From NCBI GenBank assembly GCA_963765865.1, contig CAVXYE010000018.1, forward strand, positions 458,476-522,475: DNA of 64,000 bases. The letters run 5' to 3'. The position numbers were made by a program, and so were the translations under genes. Source of the DNA: an uncultured Actinomycetes bacterium (lineage in GTDB: Bacteria > Actinomycetota > UBA4738 > HRBIN12). Within the stretch, counting starts at the first letter, position 1, and every line of letters starts with the position of its first letter. This document shows positions 10,263-19,177 of the stretch, piece after piece. The notes beneath the pieces were generated by a model. The model had not been told where the DNA came from, searched no databases, and worked only from the letters and a program-made list of their open reading frames with translations.

Positions 10263-10979
10263 TCAGATACCCAGCGCCTCGGCCTGGATCTTCGTGAGCT
10301 CCGCGATCCCGGCCGCGGCGAGGTCGAGCAGCTCGTCGAGCTGCGGCCGGGAGAACGGCGAACCTTCCGCGGTCCCTTGCACCTCCACCAGCGCGCCGCC
10401 GCCGGTCATCACCACGTTGCAATCGACCTCCGCACCCGCGTCCTCCTCGTAGCAGAGGTCGAGACGGGGCTCACCGTCCACGATGCCGACCGACACCGCC
10501 GCGACCGAATCCTTCAACACCTCGGCCGGGGCTGGACCATCGGTCAAGCTCCGGAGGGCCAGGGCGAGCGCGATGTAGCCGCCCGTGATCGACGCCGTCC
10601 GGGTGCCCGCATCGGCCACCAGGACGTCACAGTCGACCGTCACGGTGCGCTCGCCGAGCCGTTCGAGTTCCGTGACGCTCCTGAGCGCCCGGCCGATCAA
10701 TCGCTGGATCTCCTGCGTGCGACCGCCCGGCTTCCCCCGGTTCACCTCGCGGCCGGACCGTTCCACGGTCGATGCGGGGAGCATCGAGTACTCGCCCGTG
10801 ACCCACCCACGACCCGTCCCGCGGAGCCAGCGTGGCGTGTCCTCCGACACCGTCGCCGCACAGAGCACGCGCGTCTTGCCCATGGAGAACAGCACGGAGC
10901 CGTTCGCCCACTCCTGATAGCCCAGCTCATAGCTCACGGGCCGGAGCTGCCCGTTGGCCCGGTCGTCGGGGCGGGTCAA
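10263..10979 (-). CDS. rph: ribonuclease PH
   Basis: TTG start with GGGAGA RBS, overlapping the upstream stop (TTGA). RPDDRANGQLRPVSYELGYQEWANGSVLFSMGKTRVLCAATV is the classic RNase PH N-terminus. Confidence 0.85.
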   Translation of the reverse strand: MTRPDDRANGQLRPVSYELGYQEWANGSVLFSMGKTRVLCAATVSEDTPRWLRGTGRGWVTGEYSMLPASTVERSGREVNRGKPGGRTQEIQRLIGRALRSVTELERLGERTVTVDCDVLVADAGTRTASITGGYIALALALRSLTDGPAPAEVLKDSVAAVSVGIVDGEPRLDLCYEEDAGAEVDCNVVMTGGGALVEVQGTAEGSPFSRPQLDELLDLAAAGIAELTKIQAEALGI

Positions 10980-11728
10980 CGGCCGATCTCCCACACCGCG
11001 TCGCGCGTCGCGACGTCGATCGGACCGTCGAACACCCGAGCCGCCTGTTCGAGCGAGACGCCGGGGTCGAGCGCAGGCGTCAGATGCGTGAGCACCAATC
11101 GGCGAACCTCGGCCCGCGCGGCGATCTCGGCCGCCTGCTCGGCACTGAGATGGAAGAAGGTGTGATCCATCGGGTCTTGATAGGTCGCCTCGCACAGGAA
11201 CAGGTCGGAGCCGCGGGCCAGCTCGATCGCCTCGTCGCAGGGGCCCGTGTCGCCGGTGTAGGCGAGCGTGTGGCCGTTCACCTCGATCCGGTACCCGAGC
11301 GAGTACACACCGATGTGGGTCATCTCGAAGGCCGTCACACGGAACGGCCCCACCTCCACCACACGCCCGGCGTCCAGATGGTCGAACGCGTACGCCTCGG
11401 CCATGACGTTCCGGCCGTTCTCCGAGACGAGCAACGCCGCAAGATCCATGAACCCGGCCGGCGAATAGAAGGGAAGGCCCGGCTGACCGAGATCGCCGTA
11501 ATGCCGCGCGTAGAACGCCGGGATCACATCGAGGAAGTGGTCCGCATGGCCGTGCGTGATCAGCACCGCATCGATCTCACCGGGCGCGACGTGCTCCTGC
11601 AAACGGGCGAAGGTGCCCGTTCCCGCGTCGAGCCAGAGGTGGAAGGACCCACTGGTGACGAGGTAGCCGCTGCACTCCCCCGCTGTTCCCGGCCACGTTC
11701 CGTGAGAACCCAAGACCGAGAGCCTCAC
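10976..11728 (-). CDS. MBL-fold metallo-hydrolase
   Basis: HxHxDH motif (ITHGHADHF). 4-nt overlaps with both neighbours. Confidence 0.75.
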   Translation of the reverse strand: MRLSVLGSHGTWPGTAGECSGYLVTSGSFHLWLDAGTGTFARLQEHVAPGEIDAVLITHGHADHFLDVIPAFYARHYGDLGQPGLPFYSPAGFMDLAALLVSENGRNVMAEAYAFDHLDAGRVVEVGPFRVTAFEMTHIGVYSLGYRIEVNGHTLAYTGDTGPCDEAIELARGSDLFLCEATYQDPMDHTFFHLSAEQAAEIAARAEVRRLVLTHLTPALDPGVSLEQAARVFDGPIDVATRDAVWEIGR

Positions 11729-12534
11729 GAGCGACCGCCCGCTTCGAGGTGGACGGCCTTGACGTGCGCCAGCTCGCGACCCAGGAAGAGCTCGGCATGG
11801 TCCCGGAACGGCTCGGCGTCTCCCGTCGTCAGGAACTCGTGGTGAGGGGGTGTCGGTTCATCGCGGAGGCTCCCCGCCCGAAGGAGCTCGGCGTAGACGT
11901 CCTTCGCCGTCTCCTCCGCGGAGGACACGAGCACGACATCGGGGCCGAGCTCCAGCTGGAGCAGCCCCGAGAGCAGCGGGTAGTGCGTGCAGCCCAAGAT
12001 CAACGTGTCGATCCCCTTCTCCTTCAGCGGTGCAAGATACCTGCGCGCGGCCTCCCGCAACTCCTCCGACGTCGTATCCCCGCGCTCCACATGCTCCACG
12101 AACACCGGGCAGGCGGCCCCGTGGAGCTCCACGACCGACCCCACCGCGCGCCGGTAGGCCCCGGCGTCGATCGTCGCGGTCGTCCCGATCACCCCGACCA
12201 CGCCGTTCCTGGTTGCTCGGATCGCGGCGCGGGCCCCTGGGTTGATCACCCCGACGACGGGGACCCCGTGCGCGGTCGCGATGTCGCCGATGGCGGAGAC
12301 CTCGATGGAATTGCACGCCACCACGAGCAGCTTGACGTCCCGCTCGACGAGGGACGCCGCGATCTCCATCGCGAACCTCCGGATCTCCTCGACCGGTCGC
12401 GGACCGTAGGGGAAGTTCGCCGAGTCCCCGACGTAGATCAGGGACTCGTTCGGCAACAACTCGAGGATGGCCCTCGCCACCGTGAGGCCACCGACGCCTG
12501 AGTCGAACACGCCGACCGGTCGGTTATCCGACAC
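11725..12534 (-). CDS. murI: glutamate racemase
   Basis: VGVFDSGVGGLTVARAI...VVACNSIEV...LGCTHYPLL. Confidence 0.85.
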   Translation of the reverse strand: MSDNRPVGVFDSGVGGLTVARAILELLPNESLIYVGDSANFPYGPRPVEEIRRFAMEIAASLVERDVKLLVVACNSIEVSAIGDIATAHGVPVVGVINPGARAAIRATRNGVVGVIGTTATIDAGAYRRAVGSVVELHGAACPVFVEHVERGDTTSEELREAARRYLAPLKEKGIDTLILGCTHYPLLSGLLQLELGPDVVLVSSAEETAKDVYAELLRAGSLRDEPTPPHHEFLTTGDAEPFRDHAELFLGRELAHVKAVHLEAGGRS

Positions 12535-12537
12535 GTG

Positions 12538-13470
12538 CTACCACCACAGCGACTCCTCGACCCCTCGCTCAGCCGCGGAGAGATCCTCCGCCCAGGCGTG
12601 CGTCGACAGGTACTTCCACCCGCCGTCGGGCAGGAGACACACGATGTCGCCACCGTCGAGCTCTTGGGAGATGCGCTGTGCGACGTGGATCACCGCGCCG
12701 CTGCTGATCCCCGCGAAGATCCCCTCCCGCGCCGTGAGCTCCCTCGTCGCGTGCAGGGAGTCGGCGGCGTTCACCAGGAATTTCCGGTCGATCTGCTCGG
12801 GGTCGAAGATCGGCGGGATGAACCCTTCGTCGAGCGAACGCAGCCCGTACACCAGATCGCCCAGCTCGGGCTCGGCCGCGACGACCTTGATCTGCTCGTT
12901 GTACGCATGGAGCCCGCGCCCGGCACCCGTCAGGGTTCCGCCGGTCCCCATGCCGGCGACGAAGTGCGAGATCGTCGGAAGGTCGCGGATGATCTCCTGC
13001 GCCGTCCCCTTCTCATGCGCGTCGGGGTTGGCGGGGTTCCCGTACTGGAAGGGCATGTAGTACCGGTCGTCGGTCGCGAGCGCGCGCGCGACCTCGATCG
13101 AGCCGTTCGTCCCCTTCGCTCCGTCCGATAGGACGATCTCGGCCCCGAACAATCGCAGGAGGCCGATCCGCTCCTCGCTCGCGTTGTCCGGGATCACCAC
13201 GGTGAGCTTGTATCCCTTGCGGCGTGCCACCATCGCGAGCGCGATGCCCGTGTTGCCCGACGTTGGCTCCAGGATCGTTCGTTCGGGCGTCAGCTCGCCC
13301 GAGCCCTCCGCCGCCTCCACCATGGCGAGGGCGATCCGATCCTTCGTCGAGCCGGTGGGGTTCTGCCCTTCGAGCTTGGCCCAGATGCGGACGCCCGGGG
13401 CGGAGGACATCCTGGGGATGCCGACGAGCGGCGTGTCCCCGATGGCATCCAGGATCGAGTCGAAGCGCAC
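12538..13470 (-). CDS. cysK: cysteine synthase (CysK/CysM family PLP enzyme)
   Basis: PLP lysine motif PTGSTKDRIA. GNTGIALA and SSGA motifs. Confidence 0.8.
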   Translation of the reverse strand: MRFDSILDAIGDTPLVGIPRMSSAPGVRIWAKLEGQNPTGSTKDRIALAMVEAAEGSGELTPERTILEPTSGNTGIALAMVARRKGYKLTVVIPDNASEERIGLLRLFGAEIVLSDGAKGTNGSIEVARALATDDRYYMPFQYGNPANPDAHEKGTAQEIIRDLPTISHFVAGMGTGGTLTGAGRGLHAYNEQIKVVAAEPELGDLVYGLRSLDEGFIPPIFDPEQIDRKFLVNAADSLHATRELTAREGIFAGISSGAVIHVAQRISQELDGGDIVCLLPDGGWKYLSTHAWAEDLSAAERGVEESLWW

Positions 13471-13525
13471 GATCCGGGATTATCTCAGCGCGCGGCGGCG
13501 AGCCGTTGCGCGCCGCAACCGATCC

Positions 13526-13939
13526 TCATCCAAGAACCCACCACGGGGTGTCGATCGTCGTCGAGCCTGGGTCGTTCGCGTCCTCGTACAGGAGCCTGGC
13601 GGCTCGATGACCCGCGTCGCTCAGCATCCACATCCGGGTGAGACCCGCGGCTCGACCGTCCTCGGCGAAAGCATCCAGGAGCTGCTTGCCGACCTTCGTC
13701 GATCGCACCGCCTCCGCCACCTGGAGGCTCGCGAGGAGTAGGAAAGAGCCACCGTCCGGCTGCGAGAAGGTTGAGCCCCACGCGAAGCCGACGACGGTCT
13801 CGCCGTCGGTCGCGACGTAGGCGAAGCCGCGTCCGTCGGCGAGGAACGCCGGGTTGGGGCGGCGCTCGAAACCGCGGAAGGCACGCACCGCGGCTTCGAG
13901 CGCCGCCCCATCGTTCGGGCCGAGCCTACGGATCTCCAC
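13526..13939 (-). CDS. GNAT family N-acetyltransferase
   Basis: 137 aa, acetyl-CoA binding region (VGKQLLDAFAEDGRAAG). Confidence 0.6.
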   Translation of the reverse strand: MEIRRLGPNDGAALEAAVRAFRGFERRPNPAFLADGRGFAYVATDGETVVGFAWGSTFSQPDGGSFLLLASLQVAEAVRSTKVGKQLLDAFAEDGRAAGLTRMWMLSDAGHRAARLLYEDANDPGSTTIDTPWWVLG

Positions 13940-14011
13940 AGGTGGGAGCTTGCCCCAACCGTGGGGGCGGCGCCAGGCTCGACGCGACTACGGGCAGGAT
14001 CGGGATCCGGC

Positions 14012-14975
14012 TCACCGCCAAGGCAGCGCGGCGCGTTCTGCCCAGTAGCGCTCGGGAGGCTGCGCGAGCTCGTTCATCGCCGCGAGCGCATCGTCGGGAA
14101 GCATCACGTCCACCGCCGACGCATTGCTCCGGACCTGCTCGACGGTCACCGCGCCCGACAGGACGACATCGGCCCACGGTTGCGCGTGGACGGCCGCGAG
14201 CGCGACCCGATCGGGCGTCGTCCCGAGCCGGCCGGCCACACCGCCGAGCGGCCCATCGGTCGCCGCGAGCCGACCGTTCGCCATCGCTTCCTTGATCAGG
14301 ACGCCGCGCCCGTCCGCGTGAGCCTCCGCCAACGCGGGACCGGCCGAAGGCTCCAGCACGTTCCAGGTCGACTGAACCGTCGAGAAGAGCGGTTCGCCAT
14401 CGACCCGCTCCTGGAGACCGCGAACGATCGCGTCGGCCTGCTGCGGACCGCTCGTGGAGAACCCGAGGAACAGGCCCGACTCCCGGAGCGAGCGGAGCTC
14501 ATCGAGCACCGCACGATCGTCGAACACACCGCTCTCGATGGTGGCGGAGTGGATCTGGTAGAGCGACAGGTGATCGCCCAGGAGCCGCCGCGACTCCGCG
14601 ATCTGCCGCCGGAGGGCGGTGACCGAGAGGTCCTTCACCTCTTGGACGTCGGCGTCGAGCCTCCATCCGCCCACGTAGGTGTATCCCCACTTCGATCCGA
14701 CGACGACATCGTCCGGATCGCGCGGTGGCGAGCCAGTCGCCCAGGAACGCCTCTGCATCTCCGTAGGAACGAGCCACGTCCACGTAGCGAACGCCGACGT
14801 CGTACGCGGCGTCGAGGACGTTATGGGTGCGCGCCTCCATCGCAGCGCGCGATCGCGCCAGCCCGAGGTCCCGATCACGTCCGACGTCGATGTACGCGGG
14901 ACGCCCGAGCGCGGCCAGCCCGAGCCCGATCCGAGAGACGACAAGCTCTGTTCCCCCGAGCCGTCGACGCTCCAT
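14012..14975 (-). pseudogene. aldo/keto reductase; apparent frameshift near 14700
   Basis: N-terminus MERRRLGGTELVVSRIGLGLAALGRP...DAAYDVGVRYVDVARSYGDAEAFLG in one frame. Remainder (VGSKWGYTY...LSLYQIHSATIESGV...) in another. Confidence 0.7.
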
Positions 14976-14997
14976 CTCGTCGCGGGGTCCCGCCCGA

Positions 14998-16416
14998 TCA
15001 CGTCTGCCGGTTGAACCAGATGCTCCCGGGCCCCGTCGAGAAGCTGGCGCCCTGCCCCGAGACCGTCACGCTCTTCCCGGCGTTGGTGATCGCGATCCCG
15101 TCATAGTCGCCGTAGTAGGACGTGAAGCCGTTCGCCCCCTTGTACGGAGCCCCTGACGTGGCGTCGGAGATCCGGAGCGGCGCCGACCACGTCGTGCCGC
15201 CGTCGCCGGAGGCGCGGTACCAGACGTTCCAGGAGCCCGTGCTGTTGTCCATGTAGGTGATCCGGAAATCGCCCGAGCCCTTCGCCGCGATCGCGGGGAA
15301 GCTGCCGTTCGCCGCCGCGTTGCCGACCTCGACCCTCCCCGACCACGTCACGCCACCATCGGTCGAGCGCCGGGTGAACACATGATTGTTCGCGCCCTGG
15401 GTCGTCGCCCCGGAGTACTCGATGACCAGAGCCCCCGACGCATCGGCCGCGATCGTCGTCGTGGACGACGTCTCGAAGTTGACCCCGGTGAAGACCGTGT
15501 TGTCGACCGTGACCTTGGTCCACGACGCCCCGCCGTTCGTGCTCCGCCACACCTCGATCTCCACGGGGCCGGCGGTCTTGACGCTTCCGCCCGAGTACTT
15601 GGAATCCGAGAGCACCGCGGTGCCGTTCGCCAGCACGACGAAGCCGTTCGGGTAGCGGTACACGCTCGAGTCGGTGTTCACCGCGACCGGGGTCGAGAAC
15701 GATGCCCCCGCGTTGTGCGATGACGTCAAGAAGAGTTGGCTGCGGCTCTCGTAGGCGACGTAGACGTCCGTCCCGTTCGCGCTCGTCGCCATCCAGGGCT
15801 TGTCCGCCCAGCTCTTGCCCGACACCTTGAGCGGTGTCGACCATGTGGAGCCGTGGTTCGTGGACTTGGAGAACACGATCGTGTTCGAGTTCATCCACGT
15901 TCCGTAGACGGCGCCCGACGCCGTCGTTGCGAGCACGGGGTCCCACTGGCCCGCGACGCCGCTGCACGTGCAGATCGGCTTCTCCGCAGCCCACGTCTGC
16001 CCGCCGTCGGCGGAGATCCGGATCTCCATCTGCGGGTTCGGGCAGTGCTGACACGTGATGCCGTAGCGGTTGTAGAGCGCGTAGACGTATGGGGCCGAGG
16101 GATCGGCAGCGACGTATGGCTCCCACGTGTCGTCGTTCGCGATCTGGACCTCGCCCGCCCAGCCCGTCGCGGCCAACGCGGAGGGGTCGAGGACCCGGCG
16201 CCGGATACTGATGGTGCCCGCGTGGTTCTCAGCAGCGGCATCAGGGTCACCACCCTCCTCGAGGCCCTCGGAGTCCTGACCTTCCGATGCCGGCTCGTCG
16301 TTGTGATCGGCGGTCGATGCCGCCGCGACGGCAGGGGCGTTCCGCGTCCTCAGGAACAAGGTCGCTCCCGCGGCGACGACCACGACGACGACGGCCAACA
16401 CGACGTACCTGCGCAT
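14998..16416 (-). CDS. membrane-anchored BNR/sialidase-like (exo-alpha-sialidase / glycoside hydrolase) protein
   Basis: N-terminal TM anchor. Multiple SxDxGxTW BNR repeats (STDGGVTWS, SGDGGTTWS, STNGGASWT). Confidence 0.65.
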   Translation of the reverse strand: MRRYVVLAVVVVVVAAGATLFLRTRNAPAVAAASTADHNDEPASEGQDSEGLEEGGDPDAAAENHAGTISIRRRVLDPSALAATGWAGEVQIANDDTWEPYVAADPSAPYVYALYNRYGITCQHCPNPQMEIRISADGGQTWAAEKPICTCSGVAGQWDPVLATTASGAVYGTWMNSNTIVFSKSTNHGSTWSTPLKVSGKSWADKPWMATSANGTDVYVAYESRSQLFLTSSHNAGASFSTPVAVNTDSSVYRYPNGFVVLANGTAVLSDSKYSGGSVKTAGPVEIEVWRSTNGGASWTKVTVDNTVFTGVNFETSSTTTIAADASGALVIEYSGATTQGANNHVFTRRSTDGGVTWSGRVEVGNAAANGSFPAIAAKGSGDFRITYMDNSTGSWNVWYRASGDGGTTWSAPLRISDATSGAPYKGANGFTSYYGDYDGIAITNAGKSVTVSGQGASFSTGPGSIWFNRQT

Positions 16417-16532
16417 GCGCCCCTCCCGACTCGGTCTCCGGTTCGCGACGCGAACCTAGGACGCGACGGAGGCGGGCGCGAATCGCGGGATGACCGATGG
16501 TCACTCCGCCGCTCGTCCCTCCTGACCTTCGG

Positions 16533-16895
16533 CTAGGAGCCGCTCTTGGCGTAGTTGCTCGCGCCGAACCAATCCACGACGACGACCGGCTCATCGCCGA
16601 GGACCCACGCGTCGTGTCCGCTCGGCAGTGACGTCACATCGCCCGGCTCGGCGACGAACTCCGTGCCGTCGTCCATCCGGATCGCGAGCTTCCCGGCGAC
16701 GTGGTACTGGAAATGGGGTGCCTCGCAGCTCGGCGTCTGCGCGATCGGCTTCACGTCGGTCGACCAGCGCCACCCCGGCTCGAACACGAGCCGTCCGATC
16801 TCGGAGTCACCCACCTTCAGGATCTCCGCGTGTCCGTTCGGGAACTCTCGGAGCTCGTCCGGCTCACCGAAGTCCCTGTGCTCGGTCTGCTGCAT
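16533..16895 (-). CDS. cupin domain protein
   Basis: Start at MQQTEH with GGAGG RBS. Divergent from the TetR gene. Confidence 0.6.
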   Translation of the reverse strand: MQQTEHRDFGEPDELREFPNGHAEILKVGDSEIGRLVFEPGWRWSTDVKPIAQTPSCEAPHFQYHVAGKLAIRMDDGTEFVAEPGDVTSLPSGHDAWVLGDEPVVVVDWFGASNYAKSGS

Positions 16896-16932
16896 CTCGA
16901 CCACTCCTCCCGATCCTCGACAGGGTGTATCC

Positions 16933-16950
16933 TTACTTACTAGTAGGTCA
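16933..16950. promoter_or_regulatory. candidate TetR operator (AT-rich palindrome core TACTAGTA) in the divergent cupin/TetR intergenic region
   Basis: cttacTTACTAGTAggtca stands out as an AT-rich near-palindrome in a GC-rich genome, placed between divergent starts. Confidence 0.3.
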
Positions 16951-16987
16951 GAAGTCAACCGTCACGAAGAGGGAAACTGCGCGAGCG

Positions 16988-17569
16988 ATGGGAGCGACCG
17001 AGGTGGACACCGCGACCCAGATCCTCGATGTGGCCGAGCGTCTGGTGCAGGAACGCGGCTACAACGGATTCAGTTACGCCGACGTCGCCAGCGAGCTCGA
17101 CATCTCGAAGGCAGCGCTCCACTACCACTACCCCGGCAAGGCGGAGCTCGGCGAAGCACTGATCGAGCGGTACGCGACGCGGTTCGCGGAGGCGCTCGTG
17201 GCCGTCGACGCCCGCGGGATCGACGCGGCCGAGAAGCTCCGCGCGTACGCGCAGCTGTACGCGGAGGTGTTCCGAGACGATCGGATGTGCTTGTGCGGGA
17301 TGCTCGCCGCCGACTACGCGACCCTGCCCGAGCCGATGCGCGAGCGGGTCGTGCGGTTCTTCGACGACAACGAGGTCTGGCTGACCCACGTGCTCGAAGA
17401 CGGCCGCGCGGCGCGGACCCTGCGTTTCCAGGGACCCGCTCGGAGCGTCGCGCGAACGCTGGTCGGCGGACTCGAGGGCGCGATGCTGGTCGCGCGGCCC
17501 TACAAGGACATCAAACGGTTCCGATCAGCAGCATCGCTGCTGATCGATGGTCTCGCGGTCGAGCGCTAG
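16988..17569 (+). CDS. TetR/AcrR family transcriptional regulator
   Basis: HTH QERGYNGFSYADVASELDISKAALHYHYPGK. Confidence 0.8.
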   Translation: MGATEVDTATQILDVAERLVQERGYNGFSYADVASELDISKAALHYHYPGKAELGEALIERYATRFAEALVAVDARGIDAAEKLRAYAQLYAEVFRDDRMCLCGMLAADYATLPEPMRERVVRFFDDNEVWLTHVLEDGRAARTLRFQGPARSVARTLVGGLEGAMLVARPYKDIKRFRSAASLLIDGLAVER

Positions 17570-17860
17570 GCGCGGGCGGCGCTCCGCGCCGCCCGCCACC
17601 GCGGGGAGGATCGAGACGACGTCGCCGTCCGCGACGGCGGTCTCGAGCGAGCCCAGGTAGCGCACGTCCTCGTCGTTCACGTAGACGTTGATGAAGCGGT
17701 GCAAACCGCCCCCCTCGGCCAGGACGTTCTTCGTGACGCCCGGATACCGTGACTCGAGGTCCTTCAGGACCTCCTCGAGCGTGGCCCCTTCGACGGTCAC
17801 CCGCGCCTCGTCACCGGCGAACTTGCGGAGGATCGTTGGGAGTTTGACGGTCACGGGCAT
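17525..17860 (-). CDS. cysO: MoaD/ThiS/CysO-type ubiquitin-like sulfur-carrier protein with a 20-aa extension after Gly-Gly
   Basis: MPVTVKLPTILRKFAG...HRFINVYVNDEDVRYLG...ILPAVAGG, then the same frame continues AERRPRLALDRETIDQQRCC before the stop. Overlaps the TetR 3' end by 45 bp. Confidence 0.7.
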   Translation of the reverse strand: MPVTVKLPTILRKFAGDEARVTVEGATLEEVLKDLESRYPGVTKNVLAEGGGLHRFINVYVNDEDVRYLGSLETAVADGDVVSILPAVAGGAERRPRLALDRETIDQQRCC

Positions 17861-17875
17861 CGGTTCAGCAACTCC

Positions 17876-18709
17876 TCATCCGGCTCGGGCGGGGACGCCG
17901 CAGAACTGCTCGTAATCGATCAACTCGGTGATCGTCGGATCCTTGCCGCACACCGGGCAATCGGCGTCCCAGCGGATCTTCATCTCTTGGAAGTCCATGG
18001 TGAGGGCGTCGTACAGGAGCAACCGGCCCTCGAGCGTGTCGCCCTCCCCCGTGATGATCTTGATCGCCTCGGTCGCTTGGATCGATCCGATCACGCCCGG
18101 CAGGACACCGAACACGCCACCCTCGGCGCAGCTCGGGACGGTGCCGGGCGGCGGCGGAGCCGGGAACAGGCACCGGTAGCACGGCGTCTCCTGACCGGGC
18201 ATGAACACCGTCGCCTGGCCTTCGAACTGGTAGATCGAACCGTACACGAGGGGCTTGCCCGTGAACTGCGTCGCATCGTTGACGAGGTAGCGGACCGGGA
18301 AGTTGTCGGTGCCGTCGACGATCACGTCGTAGCCCTCGAAGATCTCGAACACGTTCGTCGAGAACAGCAACGTCTCGTGGCCTACCACCTCGATCGTGGG
18401 GTTGATCGCTCGGAGGTGATCGACGGCCGAGGCCACCTTCGAGCGGCCGACGTCGGCCGTGGTGTGCAGGATCTGGCGCTGAAGGTTGGTCACATCCACC
18501 TGGTCGAAGTCCACGATGCCGAGCTTGCCGATGCCGGCGGCCGCCAGGTACATCGCGACGGGGGAGCCGAGTCCGCCGGCGCCGATCACCAAGACCGAGC
18601 TGTCGAGGAGCTTCCGCTGACCCTTGCCGCCGATGTTCGGCAAGATGATGTGGCGCGAGTAGCGTTGCACCTGCTCTTCGGTGAACATCGGCGGCGTTGA
18701 GGCGCTCAT
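17876..18709 (-). CDS. moeB: MoeB/ThiF/MoeZ-type E1-like adenylyltransferase (no rhodanese domain)
   Basis: VLVIGAGGLGSP nucleotide loop. CxxC...CxxC zinc motif. Confidence 0.85.
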   Translation of the reverse strand: MSASTPPMFTEEQVQRYSRHIILPNIGGKGQRKLLDSSVLVIGAGGLGSPVAMYLAAAGIGKLGIVDFDQVDVTNLQRQILHTTADVGRSKVASAVDHLRAINPTIEVVGHETLLFSTNVFEIFEGYDVIVDGTDNFPVRYLVNDATQFTGKPLVYGSIYQFEGQATVFMPGQETPCYRCLFPAPPPPGTVPSCAEGGVFGVLPGVIGSIQATEAIKIITGEGDTLEGRLLLYDALTMDFQEMKIRWDADCPVCGKDPTITELIDYEQFCGVPARAG

Positions 18710-19158
18710 GCGATCGAGAGCTCCTCTTCCGTGATCGCACCGTCCCGGATCCAGAACGAGCGAGCGATCGGATCCGTCCGGTCGGCGAGCGACACGACGA
18801 TGTATCGAGCGTCCGGATAGAACGCGAGCCGCGTGTCCGTCTCGCTCGGGTACGCGTCCGAGTGCGTATGGGAATGGTAGATCGACCAGAGGTCCCAGCC
18901 GCGCTCATCGAGCTCATCGAACACCTTGAGCTGCTCCTTGCCGTCGAGGCGGTAGGTTGCCGGGCTCGCGTCGGCGTTCGTCATCGGGAAGACCTTCACC
19001 GGGACGCCGGCCTCCGCCGCGATCAGACCGCAGCATTCGTTCGGGAATTCGCGGAGCGCCTGCTCCACGATCTCTTTGAAGAGGACGCCGTCAAGCTCGG
19101 TCACGCTTCGTCTCCGGGAGGTCGGCCGGACAGGCGCAGCCGCCTGTTGCAGGTGCAA
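18706..19158 (-). CDS. mec: Mec+/JAMM (MPN) family metalloprotease
   Basis: JAMM motif E...HSHTHSDAYPSETD. 4-nt overlap with moeB. Confidence 0.8.
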   Translation of the reverse strand: MHLQQAAAPVRPTSRRRSVTELDGVLFKEIVEQALREFPNECCGLIAAEAGVPVKVFPMTNADASPATYRLDGKEQLKVFDELDERGWDLWSIYHSHTHSDAYPSETDTRLAFYPDARYIVVSLADRTDPIARSFWIRDGAITEEELSIA

Positions 19159-19177
19159 ATGCTACCAGCGGGGTGGG

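Noticed and set aside
17525-17569. Treating the cysO tail/TetR overlap as proof that the tail is spurious.
   Set aside because: Convergent 3' overlaps do occur. The tail frame keeps high GC3 and no alternative frame gives a stop right after Gly-Gly. It is kept as a finding rather than dismissed.
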